Positions 43,044-58,086 are shown, counted from the stretch's first letter. The stretch is DNA of 64,000 nt from Candidatus Kapaibacterium sp. (GCA_963665665.1 OY762428.1:2624001-2688000); one strand, 5' to 3'. The notes: a model not told the origin generated them from the sequence alone. Translations and numbers: made by a program.

Positions 43044-44996
43044 TTATCTTTCGATTATAAACGGGATGTTAAGAGTGCGTTCCATATAGTTCAGGCAGAT
43101 GAAATACCTTCCCTGGGGCGCCATGGGCATGGATACCCGGAATTCGCTTATTCCGGAATTCACCTCTTCCGAATTACTGATTGTTTTAACTGTCCTGCCG
43201 TTTATATCCCTTATAGTAATCGAGGAATTAAAAGGACTAATATATTTTGAATCTACTTTAAAAGTAAAATTGCCGTCATTCAGGCTGGGGAGAACAGAAA
43301 TATCCAGATTACTATCTGTGTTATCACTAACAGAGCTCCATACACTTGATGAACCGTGCAGGTCAATAAAGAATTCATTGCCGTTAACGGCCTGGTCAAC
43401 GTCAACTCTTACTTTGCCGTAATAATCTTTATTTTCTTCAAGCGGGAAGAAACGAACCTGATAGACCAGGGAGTCTGTGGGATCGATATATTTCGGATTA
43501 TTTATTGTCTGTGCGAAGCTAAATGACAGATCGTCATTAGTTTCATCATCAATATAAACGGAGATAAGAATCTCTGAATCACCAATATTTCTCAGAACAA
43601 GGTCCATATCGCTTTTCTGTCCTTCAGAGCTAACCTCGCCAAACTGAAGGGTATCCACATCAACGGCAAAGTTGCCGCCTTCGGGTGGTTTTTCGCCGCC
43701 ATAACCTTCAAGGGCAAACTTAAGGTTTGGCTGTGCTTTAGCGTTGGAACTTATCTCTATCATCATCCTGTATTCACCTTCGCCCATATCCGGCTGGAAT
43801 TCCACTTTAACTGTTTCGCTTTCACCGGGTTCGATTGAAAGCTTTGGATCGCCGTAATATATAAGGTTTTCTGTAACCGAAAAAGCGCTTGAACCTTCGG
43901 GATAAATAGTTTCGTCATCCCAGTAAATTGTACATAGCTGGGATATTTCAAGAGTTTCAACGCCAACATTTTTAACTTCAAAGCTCATTTCGCCTTTTTC
44001 TCCGTCTTCAACCGAGCCGAAGTCCAGGTGTGCGGGATCTACGGATATTTCCGGCCCCGGAGCTCCTGATTCGTCCAGAACCCAGCGCATGGCGTTCCAC
44101 ATCATGATCTTTTTAATATCCCACAGGCCGCCAAAGCCTTCCCAGGGGACTGACATAAACGTAATGCGGGAACGTGTTTCTTCATCAGAGAAATATTCTG
44201 CACGGATACCGAAAGCAGTATCGGACTGAGCTGTCAATGAGCGTTCAGTAATTGGAAATGTTTCGTTATCAGTACTGAAGAACCAGTCGACATCCAGGAA
44301 ATATGAATGAGGCTGAATAGCGTTGCCGCTGCTTTCGTCGCCTCCGTTAAAGTATTTGGGCAGCCCCATACCAACCGGGTCGCCGATAGTTCCCTCAATC
44401 TTAAACATCCACCACTCATAGCTGGTACTGCCTCCGGAGGAACTTACCCGGCTGCATTTGTATTTGCCCTGGTAGTCTATTCCCATAATATTTTCAAGGA
44501 AATTGCTAACATCGCCATCCGGGCTGGCCGAATTGCCCCAAAGTGCATTCTGGGCAATAATAATAACACCTTTGCCTGCATTGGCCATTTCCATGATCTT
44601 GTCAATTATTTTAATACCACCTTGGGTTCCGGACGAAAGCCCGAACCTGCTGCCCCAGTTGGGTGGCATGGTTACTCCGCCCGGCCCTGAATTCCCAATC
44701 GGGAATATTGCACAGTCGTAGTCAGTTATATTCACGGCATTGAAAGTTGCATCGGAAAAAGGAAGTTCGACAAAATCCTGAGAGTATTCATCGTGTGCCC
44801 TGAGTGTTGATGTATAGCAGGTATCCACCCAGTAATCAAGATTGGTAAAAATTACATAATTCCTTTCTACAAGCCTCGTCTGGAGAACCTCCAGGGCATC
44901 AGCCTTGGGCTCCGGAATAAGCATCTGAATACTATCAGAAGCTATTGTCTGGCTGTAAGCCAGCATCAAAACGATAAGTAAAAAATATTTTTTCAT
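43044..44996 (-). CDS. Secreted protein with two choice-of-anchor D/ASH-type Ig domains and a T9SS-like C-terminus
   Basis: Signal peptide; 'LDFGSV...KNVG..LEI...IEPGES...FQP' twice; C-terminal 'IRDINGR...QGRYFI'. Confidence 0.78.
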   Translation of the reverse strand: MKKYFLLIVLMLAYSQTIASDSIQMLIPEPKADALEVLQTRLVERNYVIFTNLDYWVDTCYTSTLRAHDEYSQDFVELPFSDATFNAVNITDYDCAIFPIGNSGPGGVTMPPNWGSRFGLSSGTQGGIKIIDKIMEMANAGKGVIIIAQNALWGNSASPDGDVSNFLENIMGIDYQGKYKCSRVSSSGGSTSYEWWMFKIEGTIGDPVGMGLPKYFNGGDESSGNAIQPHSYFLDVDWFFSTDNETFPITERSLTAQSDTAFGIRAEYFSDEETRSRITFMSVPWEGFGGLWDIKKIMMWNAMRWVLDESGAPGPEISVDPAHLDFGSVEDGEKGEMSFEVKNVGVETLEISQLCTIYWDDETIYPEGSSAFSVTENLIYYGDPKLSIEPGESETVKVEFQPDMGEGEYRMMIEISSNAKAQPNLKFALEGYGGEKPPEGGNFAVDVDTLQFGEVSSEGQKSDMDLVLRNIGDSEILISVYIDDETNDDLSFSFAQTINNPKYIDPTDSLVYQVRFFPLEENKDYYGKVRVDVDQAVNGNEFFIDLHGSSSVWSSVSDNTDSNLDISVLPSLNDGNFTFKVDSKYISPFNSSITIRDINGRTVKTISNSEEVNSGISEFRVSMPMAPQGRYFICLNYMERTLNIPFIIER

Positions 44997-45156
44997 AGGG
45001 CTTCCTGTAATAATCATTAATCCAATATAAGTTAGATATAATCACAATATTTTAACAAACAATAATATCAAAAAATTATGAATTTTTCAATATGAATGAG
45101 AAAATAATTGTATATAATTATACTAAACACAATTATTTTCAATTTTATAATACTGC

Positions 45157-45699
45157 TTAATTTGGAAAAACGAGAGATTTTAAATGGTAAAATAATGCTT
45201 TCTGAGCAATTTGTGATAATTGCTTGGATGTTTCGCGGGGTTCTTTTGCTGAAAATTTATGTAATTGGTCAATAATTTCTTTGGAATAGAATGTAGCAAT
45301 ATAATTTAATAATGCTTCTGAGGCCCTGGATTTCAATATATCATTTTTTCTTAGCGACATTACAACTATTCTTGTCAGGTTTTCCAGGAAATCGATACGT
45401 AATTCATCGGGGATTGAAATCTTGATTTCTCTTATATCTGTAATTTTCAGTATCACAACATTTAAAAAAAGCAAATGGTCTTCCCAGAAATAGGTATTAC
45501 GCATAGCATCAATTTTATAAAAGCTAAGAAACATTTCAGATTTTCTCAATGCTTCAGCAGTAACATGGTGAATTTCGCGGAACAATTCAGCGCTTACCTT
45601 TAAACCGGGGTTTATCGGGAAATTTGTTCCCGACACAGATTTAAAGCCAAGTTCTTCAATTTTTTCCGAATATTTTATGAAATATTTATTTACGTCCAT
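45157..45699 (-). CDS. Hypothetical protein
   Basis: 180-aa ORF with AGGAGG SD; downstream of the kinase operon. Confidence 0.65.
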   Translation of the reverse strand: MDVNKYFIKYSEKIEELGFKSVSGTNFPINPGLKVSAELFREIHHVTAEALRKSEMFLSFYKIDAMRNTYFWEDHLLFLNVVILKITDIREIKISIPDELRIDFLENLTRIVVMSLRKNDILKSRASEALLNYIATFYSKEIIDQLHKFSAKEPRETSKQLSQIAQKALFYHLKSLVFPN

Positions 45700-45785
45700 T
45701 ATGCCTCCTGATAATAGAACGCTTACAGGATATGAATATTATTATTTTTGTAAGAGAAGTAATATTAAAAAATTTCTGCAACTGA

Positions 45786-47471
45786 TTATATCACGGATTT
45801 ATCAAGTTTTATAAAGAAGGTCGATCCTTCCCCGGGTATGCTTTCTGCCCAGATACTGCCTTTGTTGGCTTCAATAAATTCCCTGCACAGAATAAGCCCC
45901 AGGCCAGACCCCTTTTCTTTATTAGTTCCTGTGGTTGTATGATGATTATCTATCCGGAAAAGTTTGTTAAGAATTTCTTTTTCAATACCAACACCATTGT
46001 CTTTTATTGCAACGGTAATATCATTATCGTTTTCGTTGACAGCAATATCAATTTTTCCCCCCGGCTCTGTAAATTTCAGGGCATTTCCCGTAATGTTCCT
46101 CAATATAGTATCAAGCATATTTTTATCAGCATTAACAAAAATGCTTTTCCCCGGATCAAAGTTTATTGAGATTCCTTTCTTCACGGCAAGCGAAGCAGCA
46201 AGCTTAATGGTTTTATTTATTCTTTTGTTTAGTTCGATTTTCTCAGGGTTGAAGTCTATTTTGCCTATCTGGGACCTTGCCCATGTAAGCAGCTGGTCAA
46301 GCAATTCTTTCATGTGATAAGATTCTGCTATCAGAGTTCTAATATGTTTACCTGCCTTATCATAATGCCCCTGGTCAAAATATCTTCCGAGAAGTTCGGA
46401 AGTGGAAAGGAAAACCTGTAGAGGGTTTCGAAGGTCATGCCCGATAATCGAGAAGAACTTGTCTTTTGCCAGATTCGCTTCTTTCAGGGATTTCTCGGAC
46501 TCAGTTAGTTTATCATTCGTATCTATCAATTTCCGGGATTCGATTGATATTGCCCTGTTTAGCACAAGCAGGTCTTCATTCCTGAAACGCAATTCCTCCA
46601 TGGCTTCCTCAAGTTTTGCAGTTCTGTCTTTTACTTTTTCTTCCAGTTCCCTGTTTAATTTCTTTATTTGTTCTTCAGCTTTTTTTCTTTCGGTTATATC
46701 ACGGCTTACAATACAAATTGCTTTCCTGCCAGAATAGTTGATAAGAGAAGCATTAATTTCTACGGAAAGAATTTCAGAATTACTTTTTTTATAGTGCATT
46801 TCCTTGCTTTTAAGGAAATTGTTTTTTACCACCTTGTCAATGTTTTGGTCGATTAAATCTCTGTCTTCATCCATCAGTTCATATACAGGCATGCCAAGCA
46901 GCTGCTGAGGCATATAATTAAGGAATTCAGGCACCTGATCGTTGAACTCAATTATTTCTCTCGTTTTAAGGTCGAAAATCAGAATCAGATCCGGGGATTG
47001 TTTTAGAATTGATTTGAATTTTTCTTCGCTTTCTTTCAATTCTCTTGTTTGTTCTAAAACTTTTTCTTCAAGATTATACTTGTACTCACGATTATCCTTT
47101 ATTAGTTTTGCCCTGCTGATAGCTTTTTCTATAACATGAACGAGCGAAATCATTTCGGTTATTGGTTTGGTCAGGTAGTCCCAGGCTCCAAGCCTGACAG
47201 CTTCGATGGCATCTTCAAGGACTCCTGTTCCGGAAACAACGATGATAGGAATATCTATGTTTATCTTCCTGATTTCCTCTATAACTTCAAGTCCTCCCAT
47301 GCCGGGCATTCTCAGGTCTGTCAATACAATGTCAGGTTCTTCATTTTTGAATATTTCAAGGCCACTAAAACCATTTTCGGCAGTAACAACTTCAAAATCA
47401 AGATCAGTAAGATAATCGTAGAAATTTTCCCTGATAAAATCTTCATCGTCGATAACAAGAATTTTAGTCAT
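45786..47471 (-). CDS. Hybrid sensor kinase REC-PAS-HisKA-HATPase
   Basis: ILVIDDE...TDLRMP; PAS/PAC; IIGHDLRNP; NALKFT; GSGLGL. Confidence 0.93.
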   Translation of the reverse strand: MTKILVIDDEDFIRENFYDYLTDLDFEVVTAENGFSGLEIFKNEEPDIVLTDLRMPGMGGLEVIEEIRKINIDIPIIVVSGTGVLEDAIEAVRLGAWDYLTKPITEMISLVHVIEKAISRAKLIKDNREYKYNLEEKVLEQTRELKESEEKFKSILKQSPDLILIFDLKTREIIEFNDQVPEFLNYMPQQLLGMPVYELMDEDRDLIDQNIDKVVKNNFLKSKEMHYKKSNSEILSVEINASLINYSGRKAICIVSRDITERKKAEEQIKKLNRELEEKVKDRTAKLEEAMEELRFRNEDLLVLNRAISIESRKLIDTNDKLTESEKSLKEANLAKDKFFSIIGHDLRNPLQVFLSTSELLGRYFDQGHYDKAGKHIRTLIAESYHMKELLDQLLTWARSQIGKIDFNPEKIELNKRINKTIKLAASLAVKKGISINFDPGKSIFVNADKNMLDTILRNITGNALKFTEPGGKIDIAVNENDNDITVAIKDNGVGIEKEILNKLFRIDNHHTTTGTNKEKGSGLGLILCREFIEANKGSIWAESIPGEGSTFFIKLDKSVI

Positions 47472-47510
47472 ATCGTAATCTCAAAAATAAAAATGAAAAA
47501 AATAACAACT

Positions 47511-49766
47511 TTATGATACCGGTAGTTCGATAATGAAAGTTGTTCCTTTGCCTTTCCGGGATTCCACGCTCATTTCCCCGGCATGGTGCTCCGTAATAAT
47601 AAAGTAAGATACTGACAATCCAAGGCCTGTTCCCACACCAACGTCCTTTGTGGTGAAAAAAGGTTCAAATACATGCTGAATAATATCAGGGCTGATTCCC
47701 GGCCCGTTATCCTCGATTTCAATCCGTATTTTTCCTCCAAGATTTTTTGCTCTTAAAATAATTTTTGAATTTATGTTGCTGCTGTTTTCGGGATCATTTC
47801 TGTAATCAAACATAGCTTCCGCGCCATTTTTCAAAATATTAAGAAATACTTGCTGTATCTTGCTTTCCTGGAACTTGATTTCCGGTAAATCCGATTCATA
47901 TTCTCTAATAATTTCAATTTGTCTGAAGTCGTATTTTTTCTTTAAATTATAATCTTTTCCGGCAAGCGAAACTGTTTTATCAAGCGTTTGAGTAATATCA
48001 GCATATAGGAATTTTGATTCGCTCTTTCTTGAAAAATTCAGCATGTCCTGAACTATTTTAGAAGCCCTAACCACCAGCTCGTGAATGGTAGATAATTTTT
48101 TGTTTATCCTGCTTTGTTCAAAGAAATCTCTGACAGCAGCAAGGTTGGTACTGCAATTTTCTGCCAGCAGCCTGTTTTTTTCTTTATCATTGAGTTTTAA
48201 TTTAATTACTTCGATACTTGCTAATATTCCGGCAAGCGGGTTGTTTATTTCATGTGCCATTCCTGCCGCCAGCCCGCCAACTGATAGCATTTTCTCGGAC
48301 TGGATCATCATTTCTTCCATACGTTTCTGATCGGTAACATTATCAATTCTGATAACTGCACCTCCTGAATCATCACCTAAAAGAGGATAAACAGTTATAT
48401 TTTCATATTTTATTTCATTTCCTTCCTTCCTTGCTTTCAAAGAATCGGAAACAACTTTGCCTTCCTGAATAGCAGTATTTATCTTGTCCATTTCACTTGC
48501 GAAACGTGGAACAATATCCGTGATTATTTTGCCAATTGCATCGGCTACCGGAATTCCCGTATCAATTTCTGCCTGTTTGTTCCATTGGATTACCCTATTG
48601 TCGGAATCGATTCCAATAAGGAAAGAAGGCATGGAATTAATGATATTATCAATGTAATTCTTTGTTTTTTTCAACTCGATTTCGGCATCTTTTCTTTCGC
48701 TGATATCACGGATCAGCACTAAAATTCTTTCAATTCCCAGCAGAATAACCTTGTTGAAACTTATTTCCACCCAGAATACACGTCCGTTTTTGGCTTTTCC
48801 CTGCCATTCAAAAACTCGCCCGGCACTGTGCTCTTTGGCTTTCAGCATCCATCGCAGTGCGTTTTCAAGTGTGTAAGGTTCTACTCCGGAACTAAGGAAG
48901 CCAATATCTCTTCCAATAAGATCTTGCTTGTTGTCATAACCGTAAATTTGAAGCATTCTCAAATTTACATCAATAATAGTTCCGTCATCAATATCGTGAA
49001 TAAAAATTGCATCGTTAACGCTGTTATATATAGTTCTGAACTGCTCTTCGCTTCTTTTTAGCAGTCTTTGTTCTTCCTCAATTTTTTCAAGCATACTGTT
49101 AAAGCCGGAATATAATATGCCTATTTCGTTGTTAAATTCTTTTTTTATTCTTATTGAATAGTCTTCTTTGTTGGTAACTCTTTCCATCAATCCGGCAAGA
49201 TTAATTATTGGAGCAGTAATTGACTTCTGGAATACAACAGAAAGAAAAACTGCTATAAGAATCATTACCATAAGTATAATTAAAAACACGATAATATAAT
49301 TTCTGATTTCCTGATCTAAGAATTCAGTAGAAACAATCAGATATATAGTTCCAAGGTTTTGCCCGTTGTGGATTATTGGCCTGAAGACATGCAAATGATT
49401 AGTTTCCTGGCTTAGATGCTTTTCATGAAATGAAATTTCCGGAACTGCAATGCTGCTGTCCTTTTCATAAACGGCAAACAATTCGTTATCCTGGTCATAA
49501 ACAATGGCTTTATGAATGGAGGGAAATGCTTTAAGCGGGGAAAGGTTTTTTATTGCCTGATCATAGTCATTGAATGTTAGTGGAATAATTGAATAAACTG
49601 CCATAAGTTCGGCATTTTTTACGGATGTCGTTCTCAGGTTTTTCTCCATATTAGATACAGAACCAATCAGCAGAAATATAAAACCGGCTATAAGAGTAGT
49701 ACTGGTAATACCGATTATTATCAGGGTTAGTTTTCTTCGTATCGATATATTGCCGGACCAGTTCAT
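47511..49766 (-). CDS. Membrane sensor histidine kinase (CHASE8-like periplasmic domain, HAMP, 2 PAS)
   Basis: Two TM helices; MAHEINNPL; FEPFFTTK..GTGLGL. Confidence 0.92.
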   Translation of the reverse strand: MNWSGNISIRRKLTLIIIGITSTTLIAGFIFLLIGSVSNMEKNLRTTSVKNAELMAVYSIIPLTFNDYDQAIKNLSPLKAFPSIHKAIVYDQDNELFAVYEKDSSIAVPEISFHEKHLSQETNHLHVFRPIIHNGQNLGTIYLIVSTEFLDQEIRNYIIVFLIILMVMILIAVFLSVVFQKSITAPIINLAGLMERVTNKEDYSIRIKKEFNNEIGILYSGFNSMLEKIEEEQRLLKRSEEQFRTIYNSVNDAIFIHDIDDGTIIDVNLRMLQIYGYDNKQDLIGRDIGFLSSGVEPYTLENALRWMLKAKEHSAGRVFEWQGKAKNGRVFWVEISFNKVILLGIERILVLIRDISERKDAEIELKKTKNYIDNIINSMPSFLIGIDSDNRVIQWNKQAEIDTGIPVADAIGKIITDIVPRFASEMDKINTAIQEGKVVSDSLKARKEGNEIKYENITVYPLLGDDSGGAVIRIDNVTDQKRMEEMMIQSEKMLSVGGLAAGMAHEINNPLAGILASIEVIKLKLNDKEKNRLLAENCSTNLAAVRDFFEQSRINKKLSTIHELVVRASKIVQDMLNFSRKSESKFLYADITQTLDKTVSLAGKDYNLKKKYDFRQIEIIREYESDLPEIKFQESKIQQVFLNILKNGAEAMFDYRNDPENSSNINSKIILRAKNLGGKIRIEIEDNGPGISPDIIQHVFEPFFTTKDVGVGTGLGLSVSYFIITEHHAGEMSVESRKGKGTTFIIELPVS

Positions 49767-50314
49767 TGATTATTGCCTCCTACAATTTTTGCATAGTCCA
49801 GAAGAAGAGATTCAACCTTGAAACCGGATTCTTCAAGAGATGTTTTGTTTATCAGTAAATCAATATTTTTATTTTGCATCAGTAAGCCAATGTGGATTCC
49901 TTTTTCAGTAAAACCTTCGCAATCGGATACAGTTAAGATACCGAATTTCCTGGATTGGCTGATATATATATCCAAATCGTTCTTTTCGCTTTCAGACACA
50001 AATATAAGATCGCATTTTCCAATGTCTGCTTTTGATCTGACAGCAATTATCCTGACATCTCTGTTTTTGATTTTATGATCTTTGAAATATGATCTAAGTT
50101 TGCCGTTGAACGGATTTTCACCTGCCAATCCGATCTTAAAAGTTTTTCCTCTGTTGTGGTTGTGCTGTCCGGGCCATGTAATAAATCTGGTAACTCTTTC
50201 AATAAAGGCGGATTTTAACTGGTATTCCTCTACAATTTGCAAAAGTGCAAATGCTGAAAAAGGAATTAACAAAAAAGATATAACTAATAATATATTTTTA
50301 AATTTATTTTTCAA
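49763..50314 (-). CDS. YfiR/DUF4154 family periplasmic protein
   Basis: EYQLKSAF..RFITWP, NPF, CDLIFVS, LTVSD, 'GFKVESLLLDYA'. Confidence 0.88.
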   Translation of the reverse strand: MKNKFKNILLVISFLLIPFSAFALLQIVEEYQLKSAFIERVTRFITWPGQHNHNRGKTFKIGLAGENPFNGKLRSYFKDHKIKNRDVRIIAVRSKADIGKCDLIFVSESEKNDLDIYISQSRKFGILTVSDCEGFTEKGIHIGLLMQNKNIDLLINKTSLEESGFKVESLLLDYAKIVGGNNQ

Positions 50315-50323
50315 TTTGCCAGC

Positions 50324-52504
50324 TTAAAATTTGTAACCAGATGATATATAAAATGTTCTTGAATATCCCAAAGTACCCTTGTTGGCCCATGAATTTGAAC
50401 TTGTAGCCGGATACCTTATATCTTTTCCTGTCAGGTTGCCAATTTTCAGATTTACAAATATGCCTTTTTCAAGTATATTATCAAATCTAAAATTGAGGTC
50501 CATAACATAAAATGCGTCAATTTTTTCTCCGATCCTGTATCCTTCTTCCGGGATGGTTTTAGTTTTCCATTCTGTTTCCATATCATCAATAAATTTTCCC
50601 ACTATTGCAATTTTAATATCGTCATAAATTTCATAACATGCACTAATATTTGCCAAAATATCAGGAGAATATCCGGGTTTGATATTTTCATATCCTTTAC
50701 GTTTATCATTCGATTTCTGATAAACAAAACTTGCATTTAAATTTATACAATCAGGATTCTTGTAGAGTAATCCGATTTCTATTCCCGATGTGGCTGTTTT
50801 TCCGGAATTATAACTGAAAATATCCCATTCCCCTGTTTCCTGATCAAGAATATTTGTAGTTGATATTAGATTGTTCAGGCCGTTATAATACCCTCCTACA
50901 CTCATTTTAAGGTTCTTGGCCATATCTATTAAAGCATTGATCTCAAGGGTTGATATGTCTGCAGCTTCGAGGAAGGGATGATTCCCGGCAAATTGCCTGT
51001 AATTCTCAGAATAAGATGGCTGTTTCGTTGCCTGTCCCCACATTAATTTAAGAATATTCTGCCCGATTTTATAAAGTAATGCAAGCCTTGATGTCATTGA
51101 GAAACCATTGTTTTCCGGGGAGTAAACAGCTTGTTTGGTTATTCTGTGGTCAATACTGTCATCAGGCCTTTTTTCTCCTCTGGAGTATAGTATTGGATAA
51201 TCATCAAGGTGATCAAGCCTTATACCGCCAACAATCTCAATATTTTCAATCGGTTTCCAGTTAAGTTGTGTAAATGCTGCATGTGTTGAATATGTCTCAC
51301 CATCCGGAAGCCCTATTTCACCTTCTCCGTATTCTGGCCCGTAATAACCGAAATCGCTGATTTGAATAAGGTCAAGTACCGTTCTGCGGTATAGTCCGAA
51401 AGTTATATCAATATTCTGTTTTGGTTCATAGAAAATGTTAATTTCAGCATCATAAGAACTTGTATTCTGTGCATCAATTTCATAATAGGATGGAAAAAAA
51501 ACTTCATAGTCAAGGACATGACTGTGGTTATAGTAGCCGACTTTAAACTTAGAATCCAGATTATCAGCAAAGCGTATTTGATAAAATGCAGAAAAATTCA
51601 TTGCATGTGTAGTCATTTCTGATCCACGTGGCAGGTTCGGCTGTCCGTCGAAGATATCCTTTACTGTTTCAACTATGCTTATATCTGCCTGGAAATCATT
51701 ATATCCAAGGTTCAATCCGAAGTATTTCCTGTTGTCATTCCTCTGGCCAGCTGTTGTTGCATTGCTATCAAGCCCGACTTCGGTTAAAACTGACAGATCG
51801 CTTGTCATTTCAGAGAAAGGCCGGTCAATACCTTCAGTGTCAGAATAACCGGCATTGATCGTAAATTTCAAATTATCTGCATTAGCAGAATACCTGGCAA
51901 ATGCCCTTTTTGTGTTCATTGATCCGTAAGTTAGCGAGGCCATACTCAGCGGAGTTTCATTTTCGATACCATTAGTTATAATATTAATTGCTCCGAAAAA
52001 AGCTCCGGGGCCGTACATTACTGACATTGGGCCGCGAATTATCTCTATGCGATCAATAGCTTCTATGGGAACATTTATTTTTACATCAGGATAATCAGAA
52101 TATTTATCTGATAACTGGTTGACACCATTTACGAGAATAATAATATTATTCATCGGGCCTGTTGAGAAAAATCCCCTGACACCGAAATTAAGAGAACCAA
52201 GCCAATAATAATCATCAATAAGATAAAATCCGGTTACATTTGATAAAAGTTCCGTAAAGGTCTGGTATCCTGCTGATTCTATTTCCTGCCTGTTAATGAC
52301 AATAACACTTGCTGGAATTTCTTTAATATTCTCCGGTTTCTTTCCTGCTGTAGATACCGAAAGGCTAAATAATTCATCAAGGGACATATCATGCAGGTCT
52401 TTATTACTAATTTCGGTGCTCTGCGATAAAATCTTTGAAAAAGATAATATTAGTAATATCATTATCAGTATTGAGTTAGTAACATAATTGTTAGGAATTT
52501 TCAT
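50324..52504 (-). CDS. TonB-dependent receptor (plug plus barrel)
   Basis: 'DMSLDELFSLSVSTAGK', IDRIEIIRGPMSVMYG..GAINIIT, C-terminal YKF. Confidence 0.92.
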   Translation of the reverse strand: MKIPNNYVTNSILIMILLILSFSKILSQSTEISNKDLHDMSLDELFSLSVSTAGKKPENIKEIPASVIVINRQEIESAGYQTFTELLSNVTGFYLIDDYYWLGSLNFGVRGFFSTGPMNNIIILVNGVNQLSDKYSDYPDVKINVPIEAIDRIEIIRGPMSVMYGPGAFFGAINIITNGIENETPLSMASLTYGSMNTKRAFARYSANADNLKFTINAGYSDTEGIDRPFSEMTSDLSVLTEVGLDSNATTAGQRNDNRKYFGLNLGYNDFQADISIVETVKDIFDGQPNLPRGSEMTTHAMNFSAFYQIRFADNLDSKFKVGYYNHSHVLDYEVFFPSYYEIDAQNTSSYDAEINIFYEPKQNIDITFGLYRRTVLDLIQISDFGYYGPEYGEGEIGLPDGETYSTHAAFTQLNWKPIENIEIVGGIRLDHLDDYPILYSRGEKRPDDSIDHRITKQAVYSPENNGFSMTSRLALLYKIGQNILKLMWGQATKQPSYSENYRQFAGNHPFLEAADISTLEINALIDMAKNLKMSVGGYYNGLNNLISTTNILDQETGEWDIFSYNSGKTATSGIEIGLLYKNPDCINLNASFVYQKSNDKRKGYENIKPGYSPDILANISACYEIYDDIKIAIVGKFIDDMETEWKTKTIPEEGYRIGEKIDAFYVMDLNFRFDNILEKGIFVNLKIGNLTGKDIRYPATSSNSWANKGTLGYSRTFYISSGYKF

Positions 52505-52690
52505 TGATACCAGCCTGCCATTAAAGTCTGATTCTTTTATGCTCGTTATAATATAAACAATATTACTCAATATTCATAGTTCAGACGGAAAATTATTGAC
52601 ATTATTTATTAAATGGTTGTTATTTTATGTATTAAGAAGGTATAGGAGTAGATAACCGCAAAAAATATTTTAAAAAAAGGAAAAAACAAT

Positions 52691-53210
52691 TAGGAAAAAT
52701 CAGAAAAAGGTATTAATTTTGATGCTCTGTTCAAGTGACGAACAGGGAATTTGAAAATCGAGCGGCAAAGGGGCGGGAAGAAAAAGTTTTAAAAGACGAA
52801 AAAACTTCTTGCACAGAACGAAAAGAGTTCATAACTTTGCAGGCTATGACCCCGGCGAAAGCGCCGGCGGAACTTTGAAAACTTAGCGGCTTTAAACTGG
52901 CAGAAGCGGGAAGGGATGGAGAAACTGACCTTTCAAAATTCGGGAACGAATTAAAACAGAGCGGTTTCAAACTTTTTTTTCAAAAGGCGAAAAAACTTCT
53001 TGCACAGAACAAAAAAAGCTGTTAATTTTGTAGGCTCTGGTCTTGAGGGATCGGGCAGCGAACTTTGAAAACGGGACGGCGAGATAAAAGAAGGATTTTT
53101 AAAACTTTTTTTAAAAGGATTGAAAAACTTCTTGCACAGAACGAAAAGAGTTCGTAACTTGCAAATCCCTTTTAGAACGGGGAATCGGAAACGAGACGTT
53201 CTTTGAAAAC
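52691..53210 (+). promoter_or_regulatory. Tandem rRNA promoters (three clear, one possible), each followed by a boxA-like element
   Basis: AAAACTTCTTGCACAGAAC with TTGCAC at 52809, 53000 and 53132, each 17 bp before TAAYTT(T)G. G(A/T)(A/T)CTTTGAAAAC at 52870, 53060 and 53198. Confidence 0.8.
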
Positions 53211-53301
53211 AGGAAGCACACAGCATTATAAGTCAAGCAATTCGAGAAGCTTTGCGAACAAACTCTTAATTGAGAAACATAATAATACGAAAGTATATAT
53301 T

Positions 53302-54798
<1,497 letters not shown>

Positions 54799-54907
54799 TG
54801 GAGATATATTAAAATAAAAACCAAAAGGCGGATCGAAAAGCCTGACAGTTGATGCTTCCTGTTTTTGAAGAACGCATTTTTTAGTTCTTTTATATAGTTT
54901 ATTTGAC

Positions 54908-54983
<76 letters not shown>

Positions 54984-54994
54984 CGATTATTAAA

Positions 54995-55067
54995 GGGTCT
55001 GTAGCTCAGCTGGGAGAGCGCCAGCTTTGCAAGCTGGATGTCGCAGGTTCGATCCCTGTCAGATCCA
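54995..55067 (+). tRNA. tRNA-Ala(TGC)
   Basis: GGGTCTG/CAGATCC acceptor stem with G3:U70; TTTGCAA anticodon loop; GGTTCGAT T-loop. Confidence 0.97.
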
Positions 55068-55150
55068 CAAGTTCTGGATGTCGTCCCGATTCATCGGGAT
55101 CAGATCCACAAGTTCTGGATGTCGTCCCGATTCATCGGGATCAGATCCAC
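55060..55150 (+). repeat. 41-bp tandem repeat (2.2 copies) derived from the tRNA-Ala 3' half
   Basis: CAGATCCACAAGTTCTGGATGTCGTCCCGATTCATCGGGAT x2 plus CAGATCCAC. Confidence 0.9.
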
Positions 55151-55292
55151 TAAAGTAAAAAAGTACATTGACAACCTGGATGAGAAAAGCAAATATAAAG
55201 CTTTTTTGGAAAAGAATCATAAGTATAGCCAAGTTATGAAGAAGCGCGCTTGCGATATGAAGCAGGCGAAGTTACTTATAAAAAATCTTATT

Positions 55293-58086
<2,794 letters not shown>

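Noticed and set aside
55060-55150. Prophage or island att site at tRNA-Ala
   Set aside because: The 3'-end duplications are immediately adjacent within the ITS, with no integrase or cargo between them.
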